From contig JAEUVY010000127.1 of assembly GCA_016786565.1 (NCBI GenBank), positions 4,476 through 68,475 on the forward strand: a DNA stretch of 64,000 nt. The letters are read 5' to 3'. Position 1 is the stretch's first letter; every line of letters begins with the position of its first letter. Shown piece after piece: positions 37,676 to 46,642 of the stretch. Position numbers and translations under genes: made by a program. The stretch comes from Flavipsychrobacter sp. (GTDB lineage Bacteria > Bacteroidota > Bacteroidia > Chitinophagales > Chitinophagaceae). Under the pieces are notes generated by a model. The model saw only the letters and a program-made list of their open reading frames with translations. It searched no databases and was not told the origin of the DNA.

Positions 37676-38179
37676 TTAGAATACCACTATGCCGTAAACG
37701 CCCTTACCTGCTATCCTGTACTTATTGACTACAGCCCGCATATGCACCTCGTCAAAAACAACGGAAGCCGGCACCCTAATTATGAATGAATCGCCAAGCA
37801 GCGTGGTCTCAGTTGTTGTAAATAATGTGACCGGCGTGTCAAATGCGGCCACACCCGATTCTGCGCTCAGCCCAAGCCAAACGGGGTAGGTCTCAGGTTC
37901 TGTAAATACGAATGCCGGGTCTTCATAGCTACCGTCAACAATCGTAATTCCGCGCATCACGGTATCGAACGTATCATTCAGCACCGCCTCCAGAAAAACC
38001 ACCTGACCGGTATGAGCCAGTGTATACACATCGCCTTTCCTTTGCCTCAGGAACTGCACATGCAACCACTTTATCGGAGCTATCAGGCAACGTAGCCACG
38101 CCTTCATCTTTACGTTTCTCAGTCTTACCGGAAGCAACTGTGCACGCAGTATGTCATAATTAATATCAAAAAATCCCAT
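37676..38179 (-). CDS. Phage baseplate/tail-associated hypothetical protein
   Basis: 167-aa ORF placed between the baseplate J-like gene and the fibre gene. Confidence 0.5.
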   Translation of the reverse strand: MGFFDINYDILRAQLLPVRLRNVKMKAWLRCLIAPIKWLHVQFLRQRKGDVYTLAHTGQVVFLEAVLNDTFDTVMRGITIVDGSYEDPAFVFTEPETYPVWLGLSAESGVAAFDTPVTLFTTTETTLLGDSFIIRVPASVVFDEVHMRAVVNKYRIAGKGVYGIVVF

Positions 38180-38205
38180 CGCTATTTTCTGTTGATCTTG
38201 TTTGT

Positions 38206-39036
38206 CTACTCAGGCAGGTACGCCTCATAAGAAACATTGGCGGCAAAGTGGGTCTCGTCCAGTTTCATGTACCCCGCATCGGGAATGTATTTCACTGTGA
38301 TCGGTACAAATGCCGTTGAAGCGTAGTTTGCCTGTGCAGACAGTACCTGCCCTATCTTCACCCCTTCTATTGCCTGGAGCGCGGCGATAAACTTGTTAAG
38401 TATAAACACACCGTTGAATGGAAGGTCTGCCAGAAAGACCTTTATCGCATCCATTACCGGATTGACAGCAGTACCATCGATCCTCGAACCGGTCGCCGTC
38501 AGCACGAGCGGATCATAGAATATTTTCAACGACACTCTGAATGTATCAGGCGCATCACTTGTAATGTACAGCCTTACTCCCGCGTCCTTTATCCTGTTCA
38601 TGTATGTCGTAAACGCACTTAGTTCTGGTGCAGTCAACCCCTCCAGTGCCGCGGCTGGGCCCTTAGCCACTTTTATCCTTATCATATTCAGCAACTCTAT
38701 GGCTGCCGCGTATTGTACTATTGTAACACTTGTATCTTCAGTTGGCTCGGCATACTCATCACTATCCGGCGGAAGCGTCACCCCATACTGGAATGCCTTT
38801 GCCTTGTTTACATACCACGACAGCTTGTGGGGTCGCATAGTGCCGATCTTCAACTCCATCTCTGATCTGTGTGCATCAAACAACTCTTCCAGTGTCCATA
38901 TACACACAGCAACCACATATGTCCACAACCGCCACATCGCCACCTTGCTATCGCTCCAGGTATATGTACTCAGGTGCGGATCAGTTGTCATCGTACCTAT
39001 TATCTGGTCTTGTATCTCCTTGATCTTTCTTGCCAT
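38206..39036 (-). CDS. Baseplate J-like wedge protein
   Basis: Start taken at MARKIKEIQDQIIG. Size, position and C-terminal pattern (..FLADLPFNGVFILNKFIAALQAIEGVKIG..) resemble Baseplate_J family proteins. Confidence 0.55.
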   Translation of the reverse strand: MARKIKEIQDQIIGTMTTDPHLSTYTWSDSKVAMWRLWTYVVAVCIWTLEELFDAHRSEMELKIGTMRPHKLSWYVNKAKAFQYGVTLPPDSDEYAEPTEDTSVTIVQYAAAIELLNMIRIKVAKGPAAALEGLTAPELSAFTTYMNRIKDAGVRLYITSDAPDTFRVSLKIFYDPLVLTATGSRIDGTAVNPVMDAIKVFLADLPFNGVFILNKFIAALQAIEGVKIGQVLSAQANYASTAFVPITVKYIPDAGYMKLDETHFAANVSYEAYLPE

Positions 39037-39043
39037 TGTTTCT

Positions 39044-39994
39044 TTATTCAACTGTGATAACCATTGTAAAAGCTGAAGCCGGATAAGTAACACCCGCTGC
39101 CGTATTCATGTATGTTGTCTTTAATCCCAGCGTGTGCACACCTGCATTAAGCGTCACTACTGTCTTATCCGGATTTGCGGGATCCGACGGATCGGGAATA
39201 CCCGCACTCGCTACTCCAAGCCATTCCATACTATACGTGCTGAAGTTGGTGAGGACAATGGGAGGATGTTGCCTTATGAACCTCAATGTCACATTCGTAT
39301 TTGTAGATGACACCAACTCAACACTTATGTCACCCAACAAATGCTCTACAACCGTATTGCTGGTATTATCAAATACAGTCACCGGCGCCACATAAGCAGT
39401 ATTACCGGCAATGTCACTATAAGTGGCCGTAGTAATGGGCGCGCCCAGGTCGCTCCACACGATCATATAACCGAACCCAACCGTCCATGGCAACTTATAT
39501 GGGATCGATATACCGTCCATTGCAGTTACAGACTCGGGCAACGCACTCTCGGGCGTTAGCCCCATAATAAAACGCTCTTCTGTCTGGTATGTAAGTCGAT
39601 TATTCCCGGGAAATTCAACGTCGACCGGATTGAGATTCAAAAAATCGGGGCCACCCTGCATATCAAATTTGTAATACCCCATCACATGCGGATCACCTAC
39701 CTCATTCGGCACAGCTAGTATCCTTGGACGAAATACTATCCAATAGCCCAATCCCGTTGTGTATGCTGTTCCCAATAATATCTTCTCTCTCCTCAGATAC
39801 TCAATTGCAGATATGTCTGCACGCTCATCCGATACTTCCGGCAAGTTCACGCTGGTCCCTGCCATCGGCACACTTCCTACGTCTCTTCCGTTGGCCATGG
39901 CTACACTCATGGCCGCCTCCATTGTTCCGTATTCCGTAAGAACAATATCCAGCAAACTCTGATTGGGTTGTACTATTCCTGTTTTCATTTCCAT
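39044..39994 (-). CDS. Phage baseplate structural protein with LysM-like N-terminus
   Basis: 316 aa. The N-terminal ..IVQPNQSLLDIVLTEYGTMEAAMSVAMANG.. resembles LysM/gpX-like modules. Assignment is by position in the baseplate block. Confidence 0.5.
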   Translation of the reverse strand: MEMKTGIVQPNQSLLDIVLTEYGTMEAAMSVAMANGRDVGSVPMAGTSVNLPEVSDERADISAIEYLRREKILLGTAYTTGLGYWIVFRPRILAVPNEVGDPHVMGYYKFDMQGGPDFLNLNPVDVEFPGNNRLTYQTEERFIMGLTPESALPESVTAMDGISIPYKLPWTVGFGYMIVWSDLGAPITTATYSDIAGNTAYVAPVTVFDNTSNTVVEHLLGDISVELVSSTNTNVTLRFIRQHPPIVLTNFSTYSMEWLGVASAGIPDPSDPANPDKTVVTLNAGVHTLGLKTTYMNTAAGVTYPASAFTMVITVE

Positions 39995-40000
39995 GTATGT

Positions 40001-40300
40001 TTACCGGTATACCGCATTTGTATCTATCGATCCGTCTTTGTTCAACTTAATGCCCGAAACGATCATCCCGTCCCGGCAAAACTCTACGTTTATAGCACGT
40101 ATCATCCCTTCAAAATTTTCGTCATTCAGATAGTTGAATACTCCGACACAGATCGTAGGATTTTCTTTAAAATCGCCCTTATTGTTCAGCAATAATTGCC
40201 GCTGATGCGTTGCCGTACTTTCCGCTATTACCAGGTCTCCGCTATCAATCAAAAGATCGTCTCCTTCATCCAGCGAAATGTCTTTCATCTCCCTCGCCAT
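40001..40300 (-). CDS. Small baseplate-associated protein
   Basis: 99 aa in the slot occupied by gp25/W-like or XkdS-like proteins in myovirus tails. No diagnostic motif seen. Confidence 0.45.
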   Translation of the reverse strand: MAREMKDISLDEGDDLLIDSGDLVIAESTATHQRQLLLNNKGDFKENPTICVGVFNYLNDENFEGMIRAINVEFCRDGMIVSGIKLNKDGSIDTNAVYR

Positions 40301-40312
40301 ATCATCCTCTTT

Positions 40313-40861
40313 TTATGCTGCCAACAAATTGTTTAGTCTCAATAGAATCGCATCAAACAGCGCAACGTTCACCGGCACCGAACTAGGCCCTGTGGAAGTA
40401 GTTACAGTGATGAGTTTTATAGAATCCAGAATGTCCCTTAGAAGCGTATAAAGGTCCTCCGCACCGCATCTGATAGTTACCTTTTCCGCAACCCTCACTG
40501 TCGCCATTCCCGTGTCTATTTGAATGGATTCAGGAGTTACAACTACAGATCGGCCATGCAACCTCACCTCCCACTTTGATACGCTGCTTGCCTGAAGCAG
40601 AGTCCATTGCCCTGACCCGTCAATGCTGCCAATCACCACATCGCTACCCTCCTCAGGAGTAGCAATCACTCCATCGGTACCATCACTCGTTGCTTTAAAT
40701 AGAACATCCTTTATTTCAAGTCCGTTTGCCGACAGTACTACACTCATTGTATTTGCTCCGGCGTCAATGCTCCCTGCGACAACCTTGCCTGATACAATTT
40801 CAAAAGGTCTCCGTGATAGCTCTTTCAATCCGTCAATTATCCTCACACTATTTCTATTCAT
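40313..40861 (-). CDS. Baseplate spike / assembly protein V-like
   Basis: 182 aa, beta-rich N-terminal half and helical C-terminus. It lies immediately after the hub-like gene. Confidence 0.45.
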   Translation of the reverse strand: MNRNSVRIIDGLKELSRRPFEIVSGKVVAGSIDAGANTMSVVLSANGLEIKDVLFKATSDGTDGVIATPEEGSDVVIGSIDGSGQWTLLQASSVSKWEVRLHGRSVVVTPESIQIDTGMATVRVAEKVTIRCGAEDLYTLLRDILDSIKLITVTTSTGPSSVPVNVALFDAILLRLNNLLAA

Positions 40862-40865
40862 CCTT

Positions 40866-41888
40866 TTACATTTTCGTCACTTTGGGCCCTATCTCAATTA
40901 TTCGCCTGGCGCCACCTACACCAAACCGCACCTCCACACTTTCGGCCACATAGATCCCGTCCCTGTCTTTGTTCAAACTATCTGAAATAGACACCCTGTA
41001 TCCCGGCTGTACATATGGCTGCAAGTAGGCGGTGAGCTGCCCGTCGAGTCCACTATACCTGAACCTGGCCATTCGCTCGTCAGCAAGTTGCTTCAGACCT
41101 TTCCTGCCTGCGACATGGTTGAGCACACGCTGATAGTTTGCGCCGGTACTTCCAACCTTTGCTGCTGTGCCTGATTCAACAACTCCGCTGATGGGCCGCC
41201 TCATGTACACCACTTGTGCGGGCGCTCCTTCAGTGCTGTGTTGCCTCAGTTCACTGTCTCTTAGCGCATTATACCCCACCTTGTATTTCACTACGCTACC
41301 CCTGTTAAATACCTCTCCATTTGCGCATGAGGTATAAAACCGCCCGCACCACAACACATCTCGGTCAGCCATAAAACACTTTATGTTCCCGTCAGTATAG
41401 GTGCTGATAGCGTTTACCACATCCAATCCCGACATGCCCGATGAAAAGACATTAGTCAACTCCACATTGTCCTTGCACTTGACATGCAATCCGGGTAGCA
41501 TCTTCCTTATCGCTACTAACGCGCTCTGAACATCATTAGCGTTAACTATCTTCTCCGGCACAACTCGCCTTAGCAACCAACTTACACCCTCGCATTCAAT
41601 AATCACATGCCTATTGCAGGTTATGTTCTTTACATACCCCGTAAACTCCGTTTCAAGTGAACCATTGTATCCAAGCTTTATTACTACCGCATCACCCGCA
41701 CTAAATAGCTCCGATGGTGTTCTTCGTTCCGGTTGCGCTCTTCCTTTCCGTCTTATCATGGCCACCGCCGGTATGTGCACTTCAGCTGTCTCCACAACAC
41801 TGTGCACACTCTTCCTTATCACCACTTCATTCACGGTGGTAAAAAAGAATCCACCTATCGCTATCTTACTGTTTAGTACAAACATCAC
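40866..41888 (-). CDS. Baseplate hub protein (late control D / gp27-like)
   Basis: 340 aa. Size and position (after the tape-measure-like and LysM-like genes) are typical of the gpD-like hub. Confidence 0.5.
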   Translation of the reverse strand: MMFVLNSKIAIGGFFFTTVNEVVIRKSVHSVVETAEVHIPAVAMIRRKGRAQPERRTPSELFSAGDAVVIKLGYNGSLETEFTGYVKNITCNRHVIIECEGVSWLLRRVVPEKIVNANDVQSALVAIRKMLPGLHVKCKDNVELTNVFSSGMSGLDVVNAISTYTDGNIKCFMADRDVLWCGRFYTSCANGEVFNRGSVVKYKVGYNALRDSELRQHSTEGAPAQVVYMRRPISGVVESGTAAKVGSTGANYQRVLNHVAGRKGLKQLADERMARFRYSGLDGQLTAYLQPYVQPGYRVSISDSLNKDRDGIYVAESVEVRFGVGGARRIIEIGPKVTKM

Positions 41889-42535
41889 TCTATTGATATC
41901 AGGTTAAAGGTCTCATCACTGATCAGCTTCAATTCATAGGGTCGCACGTTCTTTACACCTGGTATCACCGGCATACGCATCTCCGCTATCACAACTTTGT
42001 CACTGCCACTCCTGTCTGGCCTCAGCAAGAAAATATCCGTCACTGCTGAGGCAATGGAAACAGGCTTGTTCTGTTCATAGGCATCTCTCAACATCGCTAT
42101 CTGGTCTTCAGGAAAATCATGTGTAGCTCCTATTATCAGCCCCCTTATCGTAATCTCGTAGTCCGATGTATTGATCATCTCCTTCACGGTACCTCTCCGC
42201 TCGGTCAATACTGTATCTATGATGTGCTTCTTGCTCTCTACACTCACCACCGGATTAGGCAACTGCCACGACTTGTTCGGCTTTTGATCTGAGTTCGACT
42301 CCCTTCCCGCGCCTCCATACGCCACTTGATCCTCATCCTCAAAACTGATTGTTACCGGCATGAATATCTTGCCATTCCTTCCGTCTTCATAATACGGCGA
42401 ACCACCCATACCGGTGCCAGCCCTCATCCCGTCCACCTCACCATATGTCTTAGGGAAATTTGGCTTGAACGCCTCCGGGCTCACACCAAACGCCTTCTTA
42501 TATAGGTCCACCAGACTCAAACTTATCCTCGCCAT
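41885..42535 (-). CDS. Phage tail/baseplate protein, function unknown
   Basis: 216 aa. Its start overlaps the upstream gene's end (4-nt coupling at 41885-41888 with the next gene). Confidence 0.5.
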   Translation of the reverse strand: MARISLSLVDLYKKAFGVSPEAFKPNFPKTYGEVDGMRAGTGMGGSPYYEDGRNGKIFMPVTISFEDEDQVAYGGAGRESNSDQKPNKSWQLPNPVVSVESKKHIIDTVLTERRGTVKEMINTSDYEITIRGLIIGATHDFPEDQIAMLRDAYEQNKPVSIASAVTDIFLLRPDRSGSDKVVIAEMRMPVIPGVKNVRPYELKLISDETFNLISIE

Positions 42536-42538
42536 CTC

Positions 42539-43660
42539 TTATCCTATTGTGTTTACACTTTCAAGAATGTCCATCAATACTCCCTCTATCTTCGACCGCA
42601 ATTCATACGCGCCTCCGTCACCTCTGTTCGTCTGGATCGTCACCGACCCTATCAATGGCTGATTGATCTCTACTTTCACTGCCTGGCTTCGCTGATTCAT
42701 GTTCGTCCCGGTTCCTCTTCTTCCGTTTCCTGCAGCACTTTCTGTCGGCAAGTGTATCAGCTTATTGTCAAACTTCCCTCCATTTGACAGCCCTGAGCCG
42801 TCCATCGAAAAATTCGGCCTTAACGATACTGGTTTTACTGACTGCATAAAATTGTTTCTGTAGATCATTCCCCTTTCTACAGGCAACGTTGACCTACTTT
42901 GTAACAGTCCGCGAGATGGAACTAAGCTGCTACGGGACACATTCGGCAATTCACTCGAATGAAAACTCTTGGGATCGCCTGAAGTACGCAAATCATATGC
43001 AACCCGCGATTCACCTTCATTTCGCAACCCGACCGTCGCTCTCATACTCTCAATACCTGTTCTCGTCTTTCTCGCATAAAAAGGAGCAGTTATCGTCGGT
43101 GTCTTTTGTTCGGTTAGCCAAAGCGCATTTTTACGACAGCTAGCTAAGTTCTTCCCAATGGCAGTTTGGCTTCCTTCTGAATCCCGCACAGGAAGTCTTC
43201 CATTTCCAGCGGAATTTATTACTTCATGTGAATCAGCGCTTGTCAATACCCTGGAGGTCATCTCCGATTCCAATACCCGCAACTTCCCTACGCGTGCAAT
43301 CGGTTCTCGCAATCTATTCCCCTTTAAGAAAATGGGCAGTTGCTCAATGTGCATCTCTGGTTTGTTCCCTACAATCTCGCTTGTCCTTATTCTCCCACCA
43401 GTGTTTATCCCTTGCCCCGAGATCCGATCTTCATCATTTTGTTGCCTGTTGTCCGGTCGTGTCTTCTGTCTGTTTTGCGAAAGCGCTTTCCTCCCATACC
43501 TCATAAACCTGAATACAGATGACAGCCCCATGCCACTCACTTTAATTCCTCGAGTCTTCAATTGCATAAACACCCCGGCCAACTCAGCTATCCTTTTCAC
43601 CCCATCTTCTTCTTTAACTGCAACCTTTTGCATTTGGGCTCCCATTGTTCCGTGTTCCAT
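42539..43660 (-). CDS. Tape-measure-position protein, Arg/Ser/Gly/Asn-rich
   Basis: 373 aa in the tape-measure slot (after tube and chaperone, before the hub). Composition is basic and low-complexity rather than the long helical type. Confidence 0.45.
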   Translation of the reverse strand: MEHGTMGAQMQKVAVKEEDGVKRIAELAGVFMQLKTRGIKVSGMGLSSVFRFMRYGRKALSQNRQKTRPDNRQQNDEDRISGQGINTGGRIRTSEIVGNKPEMHIEQLPIFLKGNRLREPIARVGKLRVLESEMTSRVLTSADSHEVINSAGNGRLPVRDSEGSQTAIGKNLASCRKNALWLTEQKTPTITAPFYARKTRTGIESMRATVGLRNEGESRVAYDLRTSGDPKSFHSSELPNVSRSSLVPSRGLLQSRSTLPVERGMIYRNNFMQSVKPVSLRPNFSMDGSGLSNGGKFDNKLIHLPTESAAGNGRRGTGTNMNQRSQAVKVEINQPLIGSVTIQTNRGDGGAYELRSKIEGVLMDILESVNTIG

Positions 43661-43678
43661 CTCTCCTCCTTTTTCTTC

Positions 43679-43810
43679 TTACTCATGCTCATCTGCAGGT
43701 CGTTCATGTTGCAGTATATAATTCAAGTGCGCAATTTTCCTCGCAAACTCTTCGTCACTCAACTTCCTGTGGTCCAGTCCCGGTAAATGGTATTCCAATA
43801 TCGTCTCCAT
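43679..43810 (-). CDS. Candidate small ORF between the chaperone-like and tape-measure-like genes
   Basis: 43 codons: METILEYHLPGLDHRKLSDEEFARKIAHLNYILQHERPADEHE. It is below the ORF-track cutoff and fills an otherwise empty 190-nt gap. Confidence 0.3.
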   Translation of the reverse strand: METILEYHLPGLDHRKLSDEEFARKIAHLNYILQHERPADEHE

Positions 43811-43851
43811 ATATCCCACGGGATCGTGCGTCGGACCGCCGCGCGATCCCT

Positions 43852-44175
43852 CTATAAGTTTACCAGTACCGCTTTCTTACCTTCAAGTTTCACTTTCAAC
43901 TCCTGGCATACACCAATGAACATCTGATCATCGCGCAGCACCTCTTCACTTCCGCCAAGAAAGGTCAGCGATGCCAGCTCTTCGTACATGTCCAGCGCCC
44001 GCTCATTGTCGGCCTTGCTCATGGCGCAGTTCAATTCTTGCCTTCCCGGATTCTTGAAGTAGGCAATATGTCCATCCACTTCAATCGAGTAGATTCCATA
44101 CTTATGGCTCGCCTTCCATTCCCTTATCTGCGCATCAGCGGCGCTTCCTATTGGTTTACTATTCTGTTCGTTCAT
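43852..44175 (-). CDS. Tail assembly chaperone-like protein
   Basis: 107 aa, directly downstream of the tube gene, which is the usual chaperone position. Confidence 0.4.
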   Translation of the reverse strand: MNEQNSKPIGSAADAQIREWKASHKYGIYSIEVDGHIAYFKNPGRQELNCAMSKADNERALDMYEELASLTFLGGSEEVLRDDQMFIGVCQELKVKLEGKKAVLVNL

Positions 44176-44187
44176 CTCGTTGGTAGT

Positions 44188-44622
44188 TTATTGCACTGAA
44201 ACCAGTTTCATGAAAACGATCGGCAGCGTCACATCCATATGCTTTGCGCCCTGGTCCCATCCTTTCTCAAACTCTTTTATCTCTACGCCCACAAGGGTGT
44301 CGGTCTGCAACCCTCTTGCCCCTTTGGCCTTGTACGTGATCACTATGTCGAACTGCAGGTCAAGGATGTCGTCACCTCCCGCCAACAGTGCGGCCTTGTT
44401 CATGTCATCCAGCGCACCCTTCAGCACCTTTATATGCCCCTCATAGGTCCGCTTCCCACCCTGAATACTTATTGGCTCATCGCCTGCGGCATGCAGCAGT
44501 TGTTTATCCTTCAGTGCTTTGTATTTCAGTCCCCTTATTTTGGTCAGGTTCGATCCCGCCACTGTTACGGTCATATCTGCCCATTCACAGTCTTTACTAT
44601 CGAAAAATGGTATCGTTGGCAT
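44188..44622 (-). CDS. Tail tube protein
   Basis: 144 aa, immediately after the sheath gene, with beta-rich composition. Confidence 0.6.
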   Translation of the reverse strand: MPTIPFFDSKDCEWADMTVTVAGSNLTKIRGLKYKALKDKQLLHAAGDEPISIQGGKRTYEGHIKVLKGALDDMNKAALLAGGDDILDLQFDIVITYKAKGARGLQTDTLVGVEIKEFEKGWDQGAKHMDVTLPIVFMKLVSVQ

Positions 44623-44663
44623 TTTTTTGATTCTTTTGTTCTGTTATTAATTGATCAGCCTCA

Positions 44664-45842
44664 CTAGATCGCCGGGTTATTGAAACCAAGGCTGATCTCT
44701 ATCTGTGTCGCATATCCCACCGGCACAATTCCTATCACTACATTCAGCTGGTTGGTGCTCAGTATGTTCTGCGCAGGGTCTATAAAGCACTTCACACTGC
44801 TTATCTCCCTGTTAGCCGTCATGGTATTATTGATCAGGTTCTCTATCTGCTGACTCAACCATTTGCAGAATCCGGGCTCCAGTGTCCCGTCTGTGGTCAC
44901 CGGCACTTCATCATCCACCACCTGCACAAACGTGGCATAAGCCAGCACATGTGCCTTGTCTATTACGCGCCCTCTCGCCAGCACACTATAGTCGTCTGTC
45001 GTCGCCGCACAGGTCGGATCACCCGAGAAATAATACCCGGTCGTATTCGGATAGGTCATGAAGGTGATGAATCCCTTTCCCGCTATTACCGGCAGGCTCT
45101 CCGCAACAGAAGCCACCGCTGTTGTTGCAAGAAATGCGCTGGTATTCGAAAGTGGTCCGTTCCTCACCCTGCTTATCTTTCGTTGCACCGGCACCGTAGA
45201 GAGCACACCCAATACCAGCCCCACACATGCTCCTTTGCCTGCCACTGTATCGCCTATCACTATAGCGGTTCTGTTATTCGATCCTCCTGTGGCCATATCA
45301 GTCAGTGCTGCTGCGCTGCCCGAATAACTGGTTCCTCCTATCACGGCTCTGAAGGGCTTGTGTGCTTCAAAATACTCCTGCGCAAGTGCTGCCATATTGG
45401 TCGCCGCGGCATATACATCCTCATTCACACCATTGGTCACAGTTACCGCCGATCCCGCTGCAATAACAGCCGCGTCATCACTCAACACGCCCAGCAATTT
45501 TATCCTGCCTCCCGCATAGTCCAGCAGCTTCCTCGCACCTGCCGCCTCACTCACCAGGGCCACCTCATCTACGGTCATCGTTGCAGGCACAAGCATCAGG
45601 TACAGTTGCGCGCCACTGCCGGCCTGTGCATAAAACTCCTTCACCTGTCGCAGGGCAAATGCGTTTCCCGTCTCTGTTATGCCTGCTGCGTTGGCAGAAG
45701 CCACACTTGTTATCAGTATCGGCGTACCTACCGTGTAAGCGCCCTCAGTCGCCCCCGTCACTACCAGGCCTGGCATCCCGTCATTGGTCTGCAGCGTTCC
45801 GCCCAATTGGCCGTTGGCCAACGTTATATTTACACTACCCAT
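44664..45842 (-). CDS. Contractile tail sheath protein (DUF2586-like)
   Basis: 392 aa, Ala/Gly/Thr/Val-rich. It sits in the slot between the head genes and the tube. It resembles the remembered DUF2586 sheath-like family. Confidence 0.6.
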   Translation of the reverse strand: MGSVNITLANGQLGGTLQTNDGMPGLVVTGATEGAYTVGTPILITSVASANAAGITETGNAFALRQVKEFYAQAGSGAQLYLMLVPATMTVDEVALVSEAAGARKLLDYAGGRIKLLGVLSDDAAVIAAGSAVTVTNGVNEDVYAAATNMAALAQEYFEAHKPFRAVIGGTSYSGSAAALTDMATGGSNNRTAIVIGDTVAGKGACVGLVLGVLSTVPVQRKISRVRNGPLSNTSAFLATTAVASVAESLPVIAGKGFITFMTYPNTTGYYFSGDPTCAATTDDYSVLARGRVIDKAHVLAYATFVQVVDDEVPVTTDGTLEPGFCKWLSQQIENLINNTMTANREISSVKCFIDPAQNILSTNQLNVVIGIVPVGYATQIEISLGFNNPAI

Positions 45843-45919
45843 TCTCTTTTGTTTTTTGATTTACAGTTCTTCGTTGTTCACTTGTTCACGAAACACTACA
45901 TCCTGATGAGGAAATTATC

Positions 45920-46348
45920 CTACCTCGATGCGGTATATTTTGCCTGAACAAACAGATCATAATCCCTTTGCTTCATCCGGCCTCCATCCAGTGCCGCGGT
46001 AATAAGGCTTGCCAGCTTATGCAGCAACGCGTCCTTCACCTCTGGCGCAGCCTTTGCCAGCTCAGTTATCAGGCACCTGATTCTCGCATTTATATCTCCC
46101 TCTTCTGCGCATGTGTTCATTGCCGTAAGGGTCACCACCGCTTTTTCTAGTGCTGTCACTATGTGTCGCTTCAGCAGATCGTCCGCTTCTCCCGGTATCA
46201 GCAATGTCACTACATCTGAGGCCGGCGACTCCAGCATTACCTTCAGTGCCGTTGTTATCTGCAATGCCGTTTCTGCATGTGCTTCAACATACTCGTCAAA
46301 GTGTTGCACCAGCTGCCGTATCTTTTTTCTCATTTTATTACAGAACAT
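45920..46348 (-). CDS. Phage-cluster helical hypothetical protein
   Basis: 142 aa, predicted all-helical, sitting in the head-tail connector slot. Confidence 0.45.
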   Translation of the reverse strand: MFCNKMRKKIRQLVQHFDEYVEAHAETALQITTALKVMLESPASDVVTLLIPGEADDLLKRHIVTALEKAVVTLTAMNTCAEEGDINARIRCLITELAKAAPEVKDALLHKLASLITAALDGGRMKQRDYDLFVQAKYTASR

Positions 46349-46360
46349 ATTCTCTTGGTT

Positions 46361-46633
46361 TTAGTGTTTATAGAGTATCGCGTTTGTCTCCAGCGCATGT
46401 AGTCGTTCGGCATGCTCATTGAGGCGGCGGTGTATCATGGCTTCCTGGTCTTTCAACCCCTGTATCTGTTGTCCCTGCACCGTGGTCACTTGTGTCAGCT
46501 GTTTCAATTCCGTCACTATTTCATCCAGCCTCTTTATCACCTGATCCGTGATCACCTTTACCGTAAAGCCCAGTATTGTTGCCATTACACCGGCCGCCCC
46601 TATGAGTATCCATATTTTTATCTCACTCAGCAT
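46361..46633 (-). CDS. Membrane-anchored coiled-coil protein
   Basis: 90 aa. N-terminal TM helix IWILIGAAGVMATILGF, then heptad-like ..LDEIVTELKQLTQVTTVQGQQIQGLKDQ.. Confidence 0.5.
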   Translation of the reverse strand: MLSEIKIWILIGAAGVMATILGFTVKVITDQVIKRLDEIVTELKQLTQVTTVQGQQIQGLKDQEAMIHRRLNEHAERLHALETNAILYKH

Positions 46634-46642
46634 TTTCTTCTT

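Noticed and set aside
43840-43880. Programmed -1 frameshift at the end of the chaperone-like gene (G/GT type).
   Set aside because: The -1 frame is open only for the last 7 codons (..GAAAGCGGTACTGGTAAACTTATAG), and I find no canonical X XXY YYZ slippery heptamer there. I kept this only as a low-confidence note under the tape-measure finding.
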